Source: Porphyromonadaceae bacterium UBA7203 (GTDB lineage Bacteria > Bacteroidota > Bacteroidia > Bacteroidales > Muribaculaceae). Taken from it: DNA of 64,000 nucleotides. The stretch covers positions 1,126-65,125 of the forward strand of contig DKUN01000007.1 of the NCBI GenBank assembly GCA_002490725.1, given 5' to 3'. Numbering within the stretch: position 1 is the stretch's first letter; every line of letters starts with the position of its first letter. Below the pieces are notes generated by a model. That model was not told the DNA's origin. It saw only the letters and a list, made by a program, of their open reading frames with translations, and made no database searches. Shown here piece after piece: positions 35,946 to 45,706 of the stretch. Position numbers and translations under genes: made by a program.

Positions 35946-36314
35946 ATGAACAACTACGAAACCGTTTTCATTCTGACTCCCGTTTTGTCTGACGCACAGG
36001 CAAAGGAAGCGGTAGATAAGTTCACTTCGCTGCTCACCGACAACGGTGCCACCATCGTGAACGAGGAAAACTGGGGCCTGCGCAAGCTCGCTTATCCCAT
36101 CGAAAAGAAATCTACCGGCTACTACACTCTGGTAGAGTTCGACGCCGAGCCCGGTGTAATCAAGAAGCTCGAAACCGCCTTCCGTCGCGACGAGCGCGTT
36201 ATCCGCTTCCTGACTTTCCGTCTCGACAAGTATGCTAAAGAATATGCCGACAAGCGCCGTGCACGCCGCAGCGCCGCATCTGCAAGTGTTGAACAGGCTC
36301 CCGCCGCTGAATAA
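35946..36314 (+). CDS. rpsF: 30S ribosomal protein S6
   Basis: [16 protein letters not shown]...[11 protein letters not shown]. Confidence 0.95.
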   Translation: MNNYETVFILTPVLSDAQAKEAVDKFTSLLTDNGATIVNEENWGLRKLAYPIEKKSTGYYTLVEFDAEPGVIKKLETAFRRDERVIRFLTFRLDKYAKEYADKRRARRSAASASVEQAPAAE

Positions 36315-36328
36315 TCCCGCAAGAAACC

Positions 36329-36598
36329 ATGGCACAAGCTAATTCCGAAATCCGTTACCTCTCCACCCCCAACGTGGATAAGAACAAGAAGAAATACTGC
36401 CGTTTCAAGCGTAGCGGCATCAAGTATATCGACTACAAGGATGCTGAGTTCCTCAAAAAGTTCCTCAACGAACAGGGCAAGCTCCTTCCCCGCCGCATCA
36501 CCGGCACCTCGCTGAAGTTCCAGCGTCGCGTGGCTCAGGCCGTTAAGCGCGCACGTCACCTGGCTCTTCTGCCCTTCGTAACCGACCTCATGAAATAA
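36329..36598 (+). CDS. rpsR: 30S ribosomal protein S18
   Basis: [19 protein letters not shown]...[14 protein letters not shown]. Confidence 0.95.
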   Translation: MAQANSEIRYLSTPNVDKNKKKYCRFKRSGIKYIDYKDAEFLKKFLNEQGKLLPRRITGTSLKFQRRVAQAVKRARHLALLPFVTDLMK

Positions 36599-36625
36599 AC
36601 CCATTAAGATTAGGAGACAATAACT

Positions 36626-37081
36626 ATGAAACTGATTCTTATTGAAGATGTCCCCAATCTGGGATACAAGGACGACGTTGTAGAGGTTAAGTCCGGCTAT
36701 GGCCGCAACTACCTCATTCCCCAGCGCAAAGCCGTTATCGCTACCGAAAGCGCTCTGAAGGTTCTCGCTGAAAACCAGCGCCAGCGCGCCCACAAGCTCG
36801 CTCAGATCAAGGCCGAAGCCGAAGCTGCCGCCGCAGCTCTCGAAGGCGTGGCTCTGACCATCGCCGCCAAGGTTGCCGAAACCGGCACCATCTACGGCGC
36901 TGTCAATGCCGCATCGGTTGCCGAAGCCCTCGGCAAACTCGGCCACGAAGTTGACCGCAAGCTCATCAGCCTCAACACCTCAATCAAGGAAGTAGGCAAC
37001 TACACCGCCACCATCCGCTTCCACAAAGAGGTTACCGCACAGGTTCCCGTCGCTGTTGTAGCCGAGGTTGCTGAAGCCTGA
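36626..37081 (+). CDS. rplI: 50S ribosomal protein L9
   Basis: MKLILIEDVPNLGYKDDVVEVKSGYGRNYLIPQ. Confidence 0.95.
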   Translation: MKLILIEDVPNLGYKDDVVEVKSGYGRNYLIPQRKAVIATESALKVLAENQRQRAHKLAQIKAEAEAAAAALEGVALTIAAKVAETGTIYGAVNAASVAEALGKLGHEVDRKLISLNTSIKEVGNYTATIRFHKEVTAQVPVAVVAEVAEA

Positions 37082-37122
37082 GCCCGCAGCTCAACAACAA
37101 ACTGACTCTTATCAAAATCAAA

Positions 37123-37162
37123 TGCCTCCGGATGGCCCGCGCCACCCGGAGGCAACTTTTTT
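37123..37162 (+). terminator. rho-independent terminator after rplI
   Basis: Stem tgcctccgg / ccggaggca followed by aactttttt. Confidence 0.8.
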
Positions 37163-37199
37163 ACAAAAAACTCCTTTATCTCTGATTATCAGCATTTTA

Positions 37200-37208
37200 C
37201 CCCCCCCC
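37200..37208. repeat. C9 homopolymer in the upstream region of the second OM barrel gene
   Basis: tttaCCCCCCCCCacgc, about 55 nt upstream of the -7 box and about 100 nt upstream of ATG 37310. Confidence 0.9.
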
Positions 37209-37263
37209 ACGCATTTTCTCCATTATTTATATATTTTTAATTGTGAATTAGTTACAAAATTCA

Positions 37264-37271
37264 TATCTTTG
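37264..37271 (+). promoter_or_regulatory. -7 promoter box for the second OM barrel gene
   Basis: tatctttg, 39 nt upstream of ATG 37310. Confidence 0.5.
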
Positions 37272-37309
37272 CCAAATCTTACCAATCCTTACACACCATT
37301 CACACAATC

Positions 37310-40300
37310 ATGCGAAAACTTATTGCCCTGCTGCTCATGAGCGCTATCGGTTTCGGAGCATCAGCAAAACTGACGCAGTTCGTCTTACGCGGCTACGTTG
37401 AAAAACAAGATTACTCGAGAAGCGACTGGGACCGCGAATCGGTTGACAGCGTCTACGTAGACTTGTTAAAAAACGACACCATTCCCGTCGAATTCAAGAT
37501 GCTTGTCGGCGACGACAAACTGAAAATGGCGACCGACGGCAATCTGCGCTTGATGGTGAAAGGTGGTACGGGCACCTACTCGCTCATTCTGACCCGCGAC
37601 GGCTACGAACCGCTGCGCGAAGAATTCACCGTTGCTTCCGAGGGCCAGGATATCGTTTACCTGCGCGGCCTGTTTATGGAAAAGCGACGAGAAAGCTCAC
37701 TCGACGAAGTCGAAGTCGTCGGCACCGCAATCAAAATGGTGATGAAGGGCGACACGCTGGTCTACGACTCGCGCGCATTCAAACTGGCCGAAGGCTCGTC
37801 GCTCGACGCGCTGGTGCGCCAGCTTCCCGGCGCCCATCTCGAGGACGACGGCTCCATTACCGTCAACGGTAAGAAAATCAAATCGCTGCTGCTCAACGGC
37901 AACGACTTTTTCCAGGGCGACCCCGAAGTGGCCCTCAAGAACCTGCCGGCCTACACTGTCGACAAAATCAAGGTCTACGACAAAGCGGGCAAGGACGACA
38001 AAGTCACCCTCGCCTCCCATAAGCTCAGCGACTCGCCCGAAGACGAGAACATGGTCATGGACGTGACGCTGAAAAAGGAATTCTCGATGGCCACCATCTT
38101 CAACGTCGAAGGCGGCTACGGACCGGGCATATACACAAGCGATGACCCGAAAAAGTTTGACCACCGATACATTGGCCGTGCCTTCGTCATCGGCTTTGGC
38201 AAAAACTACCGCTGGAGCACCTATGGCAACGTCAACAACATCCGCAACACATCGCGCGCCAGTTCCGACAACAAAGACTGGGGCTACAGCTGGTCGCCCG
38301 ACGGCGAACTCGAAGTGGCAATGGGCGGCCTCGACGTTTTTTATAATCCCGACAAAAAGTGGGAAATCAGCGCTAATATGCTCTATACCGACGAGCAGAT
38401 TGAAAAACACGACCTCCGCTCCACAACCAGGTTCTATCCGACAGGCAACATCTATCAGCGCACTCGGACAGACCAGAACGAACACCGCAATCACCTCGAG
38501 GGCGACGCCTACATCCACTACTCGGGCGATAACATCTGGTTTTATTTCAACCCGAGAATCGACTGGATGAGAACCAACGGCACATCGCGATTCTACAGCG
38601 CAGACTTTGACCGCAACCCGTTTGAACTGAGCCGGGGAGCCGCTATCGACTCACTCTTCGCACCCGGCACCGGACTGATACCCTCCGACGATCTGCGCAA
38701 TTCAGTTACTACAAGCACCTACCGCTCTGTTCAAGGCGACGGGGCAATGTCTCCGAGCCAACTGCGATTCAGCGCCAACCTCTCCTTTTCCTGGCGTCCG
38801 AAAAACGTACGCGGAGCCATGGAGGCATCAGGCTATGTCTCCGACGAACAGAGCTCGAAAAAAACGGGCACACTGTACGACCAGCCATATATGGCCGACC
38901 CCGCCGTCACTCCGATGCGCCGCGAACAGTGGGCCGACGACGAACGCCGCAACACCTTCGGAATGGCATCCATCGGATACTCGTGGGATAAGCGCTTCAT
39001 TTCAGACAAGCATATGCACACTCTCCGCATAGGGCCGAATCTCTCCTGGAAAGTCAACCGTGAGAAACGCGATAACGCTCTGCTCTACGAGGTGTTGCTC
39101 AACAGCATCGACCCCAAAGACAACCCACTGCCTTCGATGACCGCTCCCGAACACATCAAGCCGCTCATCGACGCCGAAAACACGCTCAACTACCTGATGC
39201 TCTCTAACTCAATCAGCGGTACGGCAGGCATTTCGTTCAATAGCGAACCGACCGCTCCCTCCGACTCGGGCTTGAATCCGTCGTTCTCAATCGGAGCGTA
39301 CTATACTCATTCTGCCGAAATGAAACACCTGAGTTACCATAAGCCGCATCTGGCCGACCCGTTCAACTACCACCTCGACCAGACCGACCGGACCGATGAC
39401 TTCAGGGCACGCGCCGGCATAACTTTTAAAAACAAAATAAGATATATATCCATTTTCGGCAACTACTCACTGCGATTGTCACCGGTCAGCATGATAACAA
39501 TGCTTCCGACAACCAACTCGTCCGACCCGTTCAACATCTACCTCGGACCGGAAGACGGCATCAAACTCCCCAATCAACGCAACCACTCCGCCTATTTGTC
39601 TATTTATTACTATGGCAACAAGAACCATCGGAATGCCACAGTCACCGGCGGATATAACCGCACAGACAACGCTACCGCACAGACCATGGTGTTCAACCCG
39701 GCCACAGGCGTCACTACTCACAGACCTATCAGCGTGAACGGCTCATGGTCAGCCTATTCATCTGCCAACTGCTACATTCCGTTCGGCCCGCTCGAATGCT
39801 GGACAGCCAACGTCTCAGCCAACTATAACTTTTCAAACAACGTTGACTACATATCGTCGGTCGGAGCACCCGAGCGCTCGGTTGTACGCACCGACAATGC
39901 CGGTGCAACGGCCGGAATTACATATAAGCTGAAAAACGGCACCAGCTTCAGCCTCGGAGGCGGCACCACCTGGCAACACTCTACGTCGCCGCGCGCCAGC
40001 TTCACAACCATCAACGCGTGGAAATCTAACGCATCGGCAGAAATATCCTTCTACCTGCCATGGCAGATTGAAGGCAATACCTCGCTGCGCGCCGACTTCC
40101 GACGCGGCTATGAAGACGCAGCAATGAACACTACCGAATGGATCTGGAATGCCTCGATTCAGAAGACGATTCTCAAAGGCGCCCTGACCTTCAAACTCCA
40201 TGCCGTCGACATTCTCGGCCAGCTATCGACCGTGAACTATTACGTCAACGCCCAGGGCCGCTACGAGTACTGGACCAACTCGCTGCCACGTTACGCCATG

Positions 40301-40354
40301 CTCACCATCAGCTACCGCTTCAACTACACCCCCAACCTCCTTAAGTCTAATTAG
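37310..40354 (+). CDS. outer membrane beta-barrel family protein (paralog of 12158..15136)
   Basis: 1014 aa with signal peptide MRKLIALLLMSAIGFGASA. It shares motifs with the paralog: GDTLVYDSRAFKLAEGSSLDALVRQLPGA, LKNLPAYTVDKIKVYDK and the C-terminal NSLPRYAMLTISY. Confidence 0.8.
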   Translation: MRKLIALLLMSAIGFGASAKLTQFVLRGYVEKQDYSRSDWDRESVDSVYVDLLKNDTIPVEFKMLVGDDKLKMATDGNLRLMVKGGTGTYSLILTRDGYEPLREEFTVASEGQDIVYLRGLFMEKRRESSLDEVEVVGTAIKMVMKGDTLVYDSRAFKLAEGSSLDALVRQLPGAHLEDDGSITVNGKKIKSLLLNGNDFFQGDPEVALKNLPAYTVDKIKVYDKAGKDDKVTLASHKLSDSPEDENMVMDVTLKKEFSMATIFNVEGGYGPGIYTSDDPKKFDHRYIGRAFVIGFGKNYRWSTYGNVNNIRNTSRASSDNKDWGYSWSPDGELEVAMGGLDVFYNPDKKWEISANMLYTDEQIEKHDLRSTTRFYPTGNIYQRTRTDQNEHRNHLEGDAYIHYSGDNIWFYFNPRIDWMRTNGTSRFYSADFDRNPFELSRGAAIDSLFAPGTGLIPSDDLRNSVTTSTYRSVQGDGAMSPSQLRFSANLSFSWRPKNVRGAMEASGYVSDEQSSKKTGTLYDQPYMADPAVTPMRREQWADDERRNTFGMASIGYSWDKRFISDKHMHTLRIGPNLSWKVNREKRDNALLYEVLLNSIDPKDNPLPSMTAPEHIKPLIDAENTLNYLMLSNSISGTAGISFNSEPTAPSDSGLNPSFSIGAYYTHSAEMKHLSYHKPHLADPFNYHLDQTDRTDDFRARAGITFKNKIRYISIFGNYSLRLSPVSMITMLPTTNSSDPFNIYLGPEDGIKLPNQRNHSAYLSIYYYGNKNHRNATVTGGYNRTDNATAQTMVFNPATGVTTHRPISVNGSWSAYSSANCYIPFGPLECWTANVSANYNFSNNVDYISSVGAPERSVVRTDNAGATAGITYKLKNGTSFSLGGGTTWQHSTSPRASFTTINAWKSNASAEISFYLPWQIEGNTSLRADFRRGYEDAAMNTTEWIWNASIQKTILKGALTFKLHAVDILGQLSTVNYYVNAQGRYEYWTNSLPRYAMLTISYRFNYTPNLLKSN

Positions 40355-40361
40355 TAATTAG
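40348..40361 (+). repeat. TAATTAGnAATTAG motif, copy A (overlaps the stop codon of the OM barrel gene)
   Basis: taattagtaattag. Confidence 0.7.
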
Positions 40362-40410
40362 GAATCGGGACGTTAACATTATTTTATTTGGCCGGTCGGC
40401 ATTTTTTTGC

Positions 40411-40418
40411 TATCTTTG
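40411..40418 (+). promoter_or_regulatory. -7 promoter box for ndk
   Basis: tatctttg, 46 nt upstream of ATG 40464. Confidence 0.5.
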
Positions 40419-40463
40419 CGGATAGTTAATTACCGAACTCTCAACTCACAAACTTCTAAGAAC

Positions 40464-40928
40464 ATGGAAACTACTCTCGTCATTCTCAAGCCATCGGCCG
40501 TTCTTCACGGACATGTCGGCCCCATTGTCAAGCGCTTTCAGCAGAAGGGGCTGGTTATACGAGGCATGAAAATGATGCAGCTCGACGAAAAGATTCTCAA
40601 CGAACATTACGCCCACCTCGCCGACCGCCCGTTCTTCCCTTCGCTGCTCCATTCAATGATGGCATCGCCCGTTATCGTAATGGCCCTATGGGGCAAAGAC
40701 GCCGTCGAAGTGGTGCGCATGATGACCGGCGCCACAAACGGACGCAAGGCCCTGCCCGGCACCATCCGCGGCGACTTCAGCATGAGCGGACAGGAAAACA
40801 TTATCCACGCTTCCGACTCCGTTGAAAATGCTGCAATCGAGCTCAAGAGATTCTTCCTTCCCGGCGAAATCTTTGAGTACGTTCCCTCCTCTATCACCTA
40901 CACCTACGAACCGGATGAACTCCTTTAA
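40464..40928 (+). CDS. ndk: nucleoside-diphosphate kinase
   Basis: Start taken at METTLVILKPSAV. Contains GTIRGDF and the active-site NIIHASDS. Confidence 0.95.
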   Translation: METTLVILKPSAVLHGHVGPIVKRFQQKGLVIRGMKMMQLDEKILNEHYAHLADRPFFPSLLHSMMASPVIVMALWGKDAVEVVRMMTGATNGRKALPGTIRGDFSMSGQENIIHASDSVENAAIELKRFFLPGEIFEYVPSSITYTYEPDELL

Positions 40929-40936
40929 ATAATTTG

Positions 40937-40950
40937 TAATTAGCAATTAG
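40937..40950 (+). repeat. TAATTAGnAATTAG motif, copy B (9 nt after the ndk stop)
   Basis: taattagcaattag is identical to copy A at 13 of 14 positions. Confidence 0.7.
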
Positions 40951-40989
40951 TAACTTTCCCTTACGGCAACCGCTTTGCCCTCAAAAAAA

Positions 40990-41006
40990 TTACTGATTAC
41001 TAATTG
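40990..41006 (-). repeat. inverted, slightly diverged copy C of the same motif
   Basis: The - strand reads caattagtaatcagtaa. It can pair with copy B as a ~17-bp AT-rich stem around a 35-nt loop. Confidence 0.6.
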
Positions 41007-41040
41007 ATAATTTCTAATTAAAGAACCATCATTAGCACGA

Positions 41041-42015
41041 ATGACCTCACTCAAATTCCTTATACTCGCGGCTTTCGCTTCTGCTTCTGCCCTCGTAGCC
41101 GGAGCAGAGGAGAAAATAGTGCCCCCCGCAGCACATCAGCAACGCCACTCTGACCTGATTGCAGGCCAGCTCAACATAGGCAACCAAATCAAAGTCGAAG
41201 ACACTGAAGCGTTTCTGGGCAACCTCTTCCCCGAAGAAGAAGAGCCCGAAATGGATATCTACACCGAAGGCTGGGACTCACAGGCCGTTAACTGCTACAA
41301 CGGAATGTCAGTGCCCGATGAAATGAACATCGACGTCACCAAGTTCCACATGCCCACCGCCCCCACCTACGTCACATCGCCCTACGGCTACCGCCGCCGC
41401 TTTCGCCGCATGCACAAAGGAATAGACCTCAAGGTGCAAATAGGCGACACTATCTATGCCGCTTTCGACGGCCGTGTGCGCATAGTGCGCAACCAGGGAC
41501 GCCGCAAAGGCTATGGTCTCTACGTCGTGATTCGCCATAACAACAGGCTCGAAACCGTTTATGGCCACCTGAGCAAGTTTCTTGTGCAGCCCGACGACTA
41601 CGTAAAAGCCGGCGACCCGATTGCCCTCGGAGGAAACACCGGACGCTCAACAGGCCCGCACCTCCACTTCGAAACGCGCTATATGGGCTATGCCATCAAC
41701 CCCAGCGCCATATTCGACTTTGCCAACCACACGACCCACACCGACCAGTATCTCTTCACCAAGAACACCTATATGAACGCGCGCGACTATACGCCCGACG
41801 CGGCTGCCTACGCCTCGGCTGAGAATGCTTCGTCATCGAAAAAGAGCAGCGGCACGTCGTCGGCAGGACGCTCGTCATATTACACCATCAGGCGCGGCGA
41901 CACTCTGTCGCGAATAGCCGCACGCCACGGAACGAGCGTTTCCAAGCTCTGTCGGCTCAACGGTCTGTCGACATCCTCGCGCCTCACCATCGGCAAGAAA
42001 ATCAGGCTGAAATAA
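41041..42015 (+). CDS. M23 family metallopeptidase with a C-terminal LysM domain
   Basis: HKGIDLKV, GHLSKFLV and GNTGRSTGPHLHFE (M23 motifs). The C-terminal YYTIRRGDTLSRIAARHGTSVSKLCRLNGL is a LysM domain. Confidence 0.9.
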   Translation: MTSLKFLILAAFASASALVAGAEEKIVPPAAHQQRHSDLIAGQLNIGNQIKVEDTEAFLGNLFPEEEEPEMDIYTEGWDSQAVNCYNGMSVPDEMNIDVTKFHMPTAPTYVTSPYGYRRRFRRMHKGIDLKVQIGDTIYAAFDGRVRIVRNQGRRKGYGLYVVIRHNNRLETVYGHLSKFLVQPDDYVKAGDPIALGGNTGRSTGPHLHFETRYMGYAINPSAIFDFANHTTHTDQYLFTKNTYMNARDYTPDAAAYASAENASSSKKSSGTSSAGRSSYYTIRRGDTLSRIAARHGTSVSKLCRLNGLSTSSRLTIGKKIRLK

Positions 42016-42061
42016 CCGCACCTGCCTGCTTGCCCGATAAAGCTACGAAACAATAGGATTC

Positions 42062-42093
42062 AACGCGCCTCCGTAATCAAAACGGGGCGCGTT
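42062..42093. terminator. hairpin between the convergent M23 peptidase and DUF4249 genes
   Basis: aacgcgcc-t-ccgt ... acgg-ggcgcgtt (12 bp in total). Confidence 0.5.
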
Positions 42094-42110
42094 GCTGTTA
42101 TGCGATGGCA

Positions 42111-42896
42111 TCAGCGCGAAAAGGTGACCGAGGTTTCCGAGGGAGTCGATGCCAGGAAGTAGCCGAGACAGAAGTCGCCCGTAAAGGTGGTAGGCCCGGC
42201 TACCGCATGGGCCGACAGGCGCGTCAGATAGTCATAGACATGTGGAGGAATAGCGGCGACACTGATGGTCAGCACATCGCCGTCGTCAAGATTGTCTTCG
42301 TCGTCAGGGTCGGTCGGATTGCGGCGCGCGGTCATCATCGACAATTCCAGGCGGCCGTCGAGCGCAAAGCGGTCGTCGGCAACTTGCCAGGCATACACCT
42401 CGCCATTGCGGAACACGCGCAGCCAGTAGGCATCGCCGCGCTCAGGCGGGTCATTGACGTAGACCGACAACACCGCCACCTCGTCATAGGGCATGCTGAT
42501 CCAGCTGAAACCGGCCTCGGCAATAGTAGCCCTATGCTGCATGACACACTCCGACACGGCACGGAATCCGCCCGGACGCTCAACCGCCAGGCTATAGCTC
42601 ACGCCCGACGTCGGAACGATGGCGGCCGAATAGATGCCGTCTGCTCCGGCCACGAGTTGCTCATCGACCCCGTCGGCCCCTGAAATCGTCACCACGGCAT
42701 CGGTCAGCCGGGTGCGGTTCATCGGCTCATCCATCGGAGTGGTCTGCGTCAGCACAACCGTGGCACCGCCCTCGCCGAGATTAGCCTCGACCACCAAAAC
42801 AGGTTCGATGTCGCGGTAATCGAGCTCGAGTTCTTTCTTGCACCCCGCCGTCAGCAACACTATGCCTATGGCCGGCATTATTACGCGAGTTTTCAT
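42111..42896 (-). CDS. DUF4249 domain lipoprotein (partner of the upstream TonB-dependent receptor)
   Basis: Start taken at MKTRVIMPAIGIVLLTAGC (lipobox). It sits 13 nt downstream of the receptor gene, the usual pairing. Confidence 0.75.
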   Translation of the reverse strand: MKTRVIMPAIGIVLLTAGCKKELELDYRDIEPVLVVEANLGEGGATVVLTQTTPMDEPMNRTRLTDAVVTISGADGVDEQLVAGADGIYSAAIVPTSGVSYSLAVERPGGFRAVSECVMQHRATIAEAGFSWISMPYDEVAVLSVYVNDPPERGDAYWLRVFRNGEVYAWQVADDRFALDGRLELSMMTARRNPTDPDDEDNLDDGDVLTISVAAIPPHVYDYLTRLSAHAVAGPTTFTGDFCLGYFLASTPSETSVTFSR

Positions 42897-42909
42897 TGCA
42901 AAGTCGGAA

Positions 42910-44970
42910 TCAGAATTTGAGAGTATAGGAAACAGACGGAAGGATGCCGAAAAGGGCCTGCTGCACGGCGCGCGTACCTGCAGGATGCGACGCGTCATCC
43001 TCGAAATATACAATAAACGGATTCAGCCGGTTGTAGAGATTATATATGCCGAACGACCACTGATAGGTCAGTTTCGGCCCTGTGTGGGTGTAGGTGGCCG
43101 AAACGTCGAGCCTGTGGGTGGGCGGAGTCTTGTAGGCATTGCGCTCCGAAAAGTAGTAGCACGTAGCGTTGTCAATCTGATACTTGACGTCGGGAGCCGT
43201 AAGCGGATGGCCCGACGAATAGACCCACGAGCCCGAAACGGTCCACGCTCCGTTGATATCATAGACGGCCACCACCGCAAAGTCATGGCGGCGCTCATTG
43301 CCTGCATTATACCATCGGCCGCCGTTGATGCCGGGAATGCGGGTGCGGGTGCGCGACAGCGTATATGACGCCCAGCCGGTGAGCCGCCCCACGTTTTTAC
43401 GCACCATGAACTCGGCGCCGTAACTGCGGCCGCGGCCGCCGAGAATCAGCGTCTCAAGCGCAATATCCGAAGTCATCGAAAGGCCGTCGCGATAGTCATA
43501 GACGTTACGCATATCCTTATAATAGAGCTCGGCCGACCAGTCCCAGGCGCCTGAGGGTGTCATGCCGTTATAGCCAAGGCTGTATTGCAGCGAGCGTTCG
43601 GGGCTGACGTCGGCCGAGGTCAGGGCATAGCGGTCAAACGGAAAGCTCGTCGAACTCGAGCGGATAGCGTGCAGATTCTGTGTGGCCGTAAAGAATCCGG
43701 CCTTGAGCGAATGGCGTTCCGTAACGGCCCACTTGAGACTCAGACGCGGCTCGGCGTCGAAATATGTGCGCGCCCTGAACTGCGGAACCTCACCGCTGAG
43801 CGATGTAAACTCGTGAAAGCGCGGCGCCGACAGCGCCGTGAACAGCGACAGACGCACACCGCCCACAACCGAGAAGCTGCGCCCGAAGTCGCCGGAATAT
43901 TCTCCCCACAGGGCATTCTGCCATCCGCTGCGCACCTCGCGCTCCATTAGCGACTGATATGACATCTCGCCCGACATGACGCGCAGCAACTGTGAACGCA
44001 CGCCGAACTCAAGCGAATGTCGGTCAGCAATCCGCGCGGTAATTTTTTCGTTGACCGAATAGTCGCGGATATACTCGCGAATGGCTGATTCGGCTTCGTT
44101 AAGGCTCATTTCCATGCGGGTGGTGTAGGAGGTCACGGCCGCGACGGTCTGAAAGCGCCAGTGGCGGCCGGCCGTGGCAAGCCAGCTGAACGAGCCGCCG
44201 ACGTTGCCCCAGCGCATGCCCATGACCTCCTTGATTGCCATGTTGTCACGCCCGATGAAGAACGACCCGTCGACAATATGGCCGGGCGCGGCCTGCCAGT
44301 GAAGTTTCGCCGTGACGTCATAGAAGTTCATAATCGTGTTGCGATATTGCGGCACGAGATTGAGAAACGCGTCGACATATGAGCGGCGGGCGGCAACGGC
44401 AAAAGAGAGGCGGTCGGTCACAATCGGGCCGGAGGCATTCAACTTGGCGGCCAGAAGGCCTATTGTGCCCGAAGCATGATAGCGCTCGGGGTCGCCTGAA
44501 GCCAGACTGACGTCGAGCGCCGACGAGGTGGCGCCGCCGTAGCAGGCGGGCACAGGCCCCTTAAACAGCGTAGCGCGCGAGAGAGCATCGTCGTTAAAGG
44601 TCGAAAAAATGCCCATTACGTGCGTCGGGTTATAGAGCGTAATGCCGTCGAGAGTAACGAGGTTCTGCCACGCGGTGCCGCCGCGCACCTCGAAGCCGCC
44701 GGCACCGTCGCCCTCGGCATGAACGCCGGGCAGCAGGGTTATTGACTTGATGATGTCGCGCTCGCCAAAAATGACGGGAATGGAGGCGAGCTTTTCAAGT
44801 TCGAGCTGCTCAACACCGATACGAGCGCCGGTTACGCGGCGCGAAGCCGACTGACCGGTAACCACAACTTCGTTGAGCCGGCGGTCGGCGCCAACCGTGT
44901 CGGCGGGCTCTGCGGCCCGCACGGCAGGAGCAAACGCGAGCATTAGCAATAAAGCAAGATATCGTGTCAT
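42910..44970 (-). CDS. TonB-dependent receptor
   Basis: Signal peptide MTRYLALLLMLAFAPAVRA. Plug motifs: NEVVVTG, DIIKSITLLPGV, RGG...NLVTLDGITLYNP. The C-terminus is ...SVSYTLKF. The start could alternatively be 44988. Confidence 0.9.
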   Translation of the reverse strand: MTRYLALLLMLAFAPAVRAAEPADTVGADRRLNEVVVTGQSASRRVTGARIGVEQLELEKLASIPVIFGERDIIKSITLLPGVHAEGDGAGGFEVRGGTAWQNLVTLDGITLYNPTHVMGIFSTFNDDALSRATLFKGPVPACYGGATSSALDVSLASGDPERYHASGTIGLLAAKLNASGPIVTDRLSFAVAARRSYVDAFLNLVPQYRNTIMNFYDVTAKLHWQAAPGHIVDGSFFIGRDNMAIKEVMGMRWGNVGGSFSWLATAGRHWRFQTVAAVTSYTTRMEMSLNEAESAIREYIRDYSVNEKITARIADRHSLEFGVRSQLLRVMSGEMSYQSLMEREVRSGWQNALWGEYSGDFGRSFSVVGGVRLSLFTALSAPRFHEFTSLSGEVPQFRARTYFDAEPRLSLKWAVTERHSLKAGFFTATQNLHAIRSSSTSFPFDRYALTSADVSPERSLQYSLGYNGMTPSGAWDWSAELYYKDMRNVYDYRDGLSMTSDIALETLILGGRGRSYGAEFMVRKNVGRLTGWASYTLSRTRTRIPGINGGRWYNAGNERRHDFAVVAVYDINGAWTVSGSWVYSSGHPLTAPDVKYQIDNATCYYFSERNAYKTPPTHRLDVSATYTHTGPKLTYQWSFGIYNLYNRLNPFIVYFEDDASHPAGTRAVQQALFGILPSVSYTLKF

Positions 44971-44997
44971 AAAAGGCAGCGCATACAAGACGGGGGG

Positions 44998-45699
44998 TTA
45001 CAGCCGATTGGTATAGAGCGCGGCGGCATAGCGCAGATACGGGCCGATACGCCTGATGCGCGTTGGCTGGGCCACAAAGCGCCAGAGCCATTCACATCCA
45101 AGGCGCTGAAGCAGTTTGGGCGCACGCTTAAAGCCTCCCACATATAGGTCAAAACTGCCGCCAAGACCCTGATATACGGCCTGATGGTGCTGCTTGAGGC
45201 GGGCCATCAGCAACTCCTGACGCGGAGAACCCATGGCCACAAACACGAAGTCAGGGCGCGTGCGCTCAAGCTCGGCAGCCAGACGCTCATCGTCGCCCTC
45301 GGCAAAAAAGCCGTTACGATAGCCGGCAATGCGTATGCCGGGATATTCGCGCCTGAGCTTCTCGACCACTGCCTCCACTACCTCCGTGCGCGACCCCACA
45401 AGATAGAATGTGCGGTCTTTATAAAACCGGCCGATAATGCGCAGCCAAAGTTCGCAGCCGGGCGTGCGCACAGCGTTCGTGAACCCTTTGCGCCGGGCCA
45501 CTTTCACGGCGCCGGCTCCGTCGCAGTAGCCAATATTGTCGTTAATTACTCTGACCAGTTCGGGCGATGCGTTCATGCACTTTTCGGCATTTACGGCCAC
45601 GAGAATGCCTTTGTTTGCATCGGCATAGTCAATCAGACTGTCGAATGAGCCGAACGGATGAACGTTAATGTCGCGGATTCCGAAAACCTCTGCTTTCAT
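44998..45699 (-). CDS. WecB/TagA/CpsF family glycosyltransferase (GT26)
   Basis: Start taken at MKAEVFGIRDINVHPF. Contains ...YCDGAGAV..., FYLVGS and GSPRQELLM. Confidence 0.85.
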   Translation of the reverse strand: MKAEVFGIRDINVHPFGSFDSLIDYADANKGILVAVNAEKCMNASPELVRVINDNIGYCDGAGAVKVARRKGFTNAVRTPGCELWLRIIGRFYKDRTFYLVGSRTEVVEAVVEKLRREYPGIRIAGYRNGFFAEGDDERLAAELERTRPDFVFVAMGSPRQELLMARLKQHHQAVYQGLGGSFDLYVGGFKRAPKLLQRLGCEWLWRFVAQPTRIRRIGPYLRYAAALYTNRL

Positions 45700-45706
45700 T
45701 GCCCGT

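Noticed and set aside
37239-37308. Inverted repeat tgtgaat / attcaca flanking the promoter of the second barrel gene, as an invertible-promoter switch
   Set aside because: Only 7 bp are perfect, far shorter than known invertase sites, and there is no recombinase gene nearby. It is plausibly chance in AT-rich DNA.
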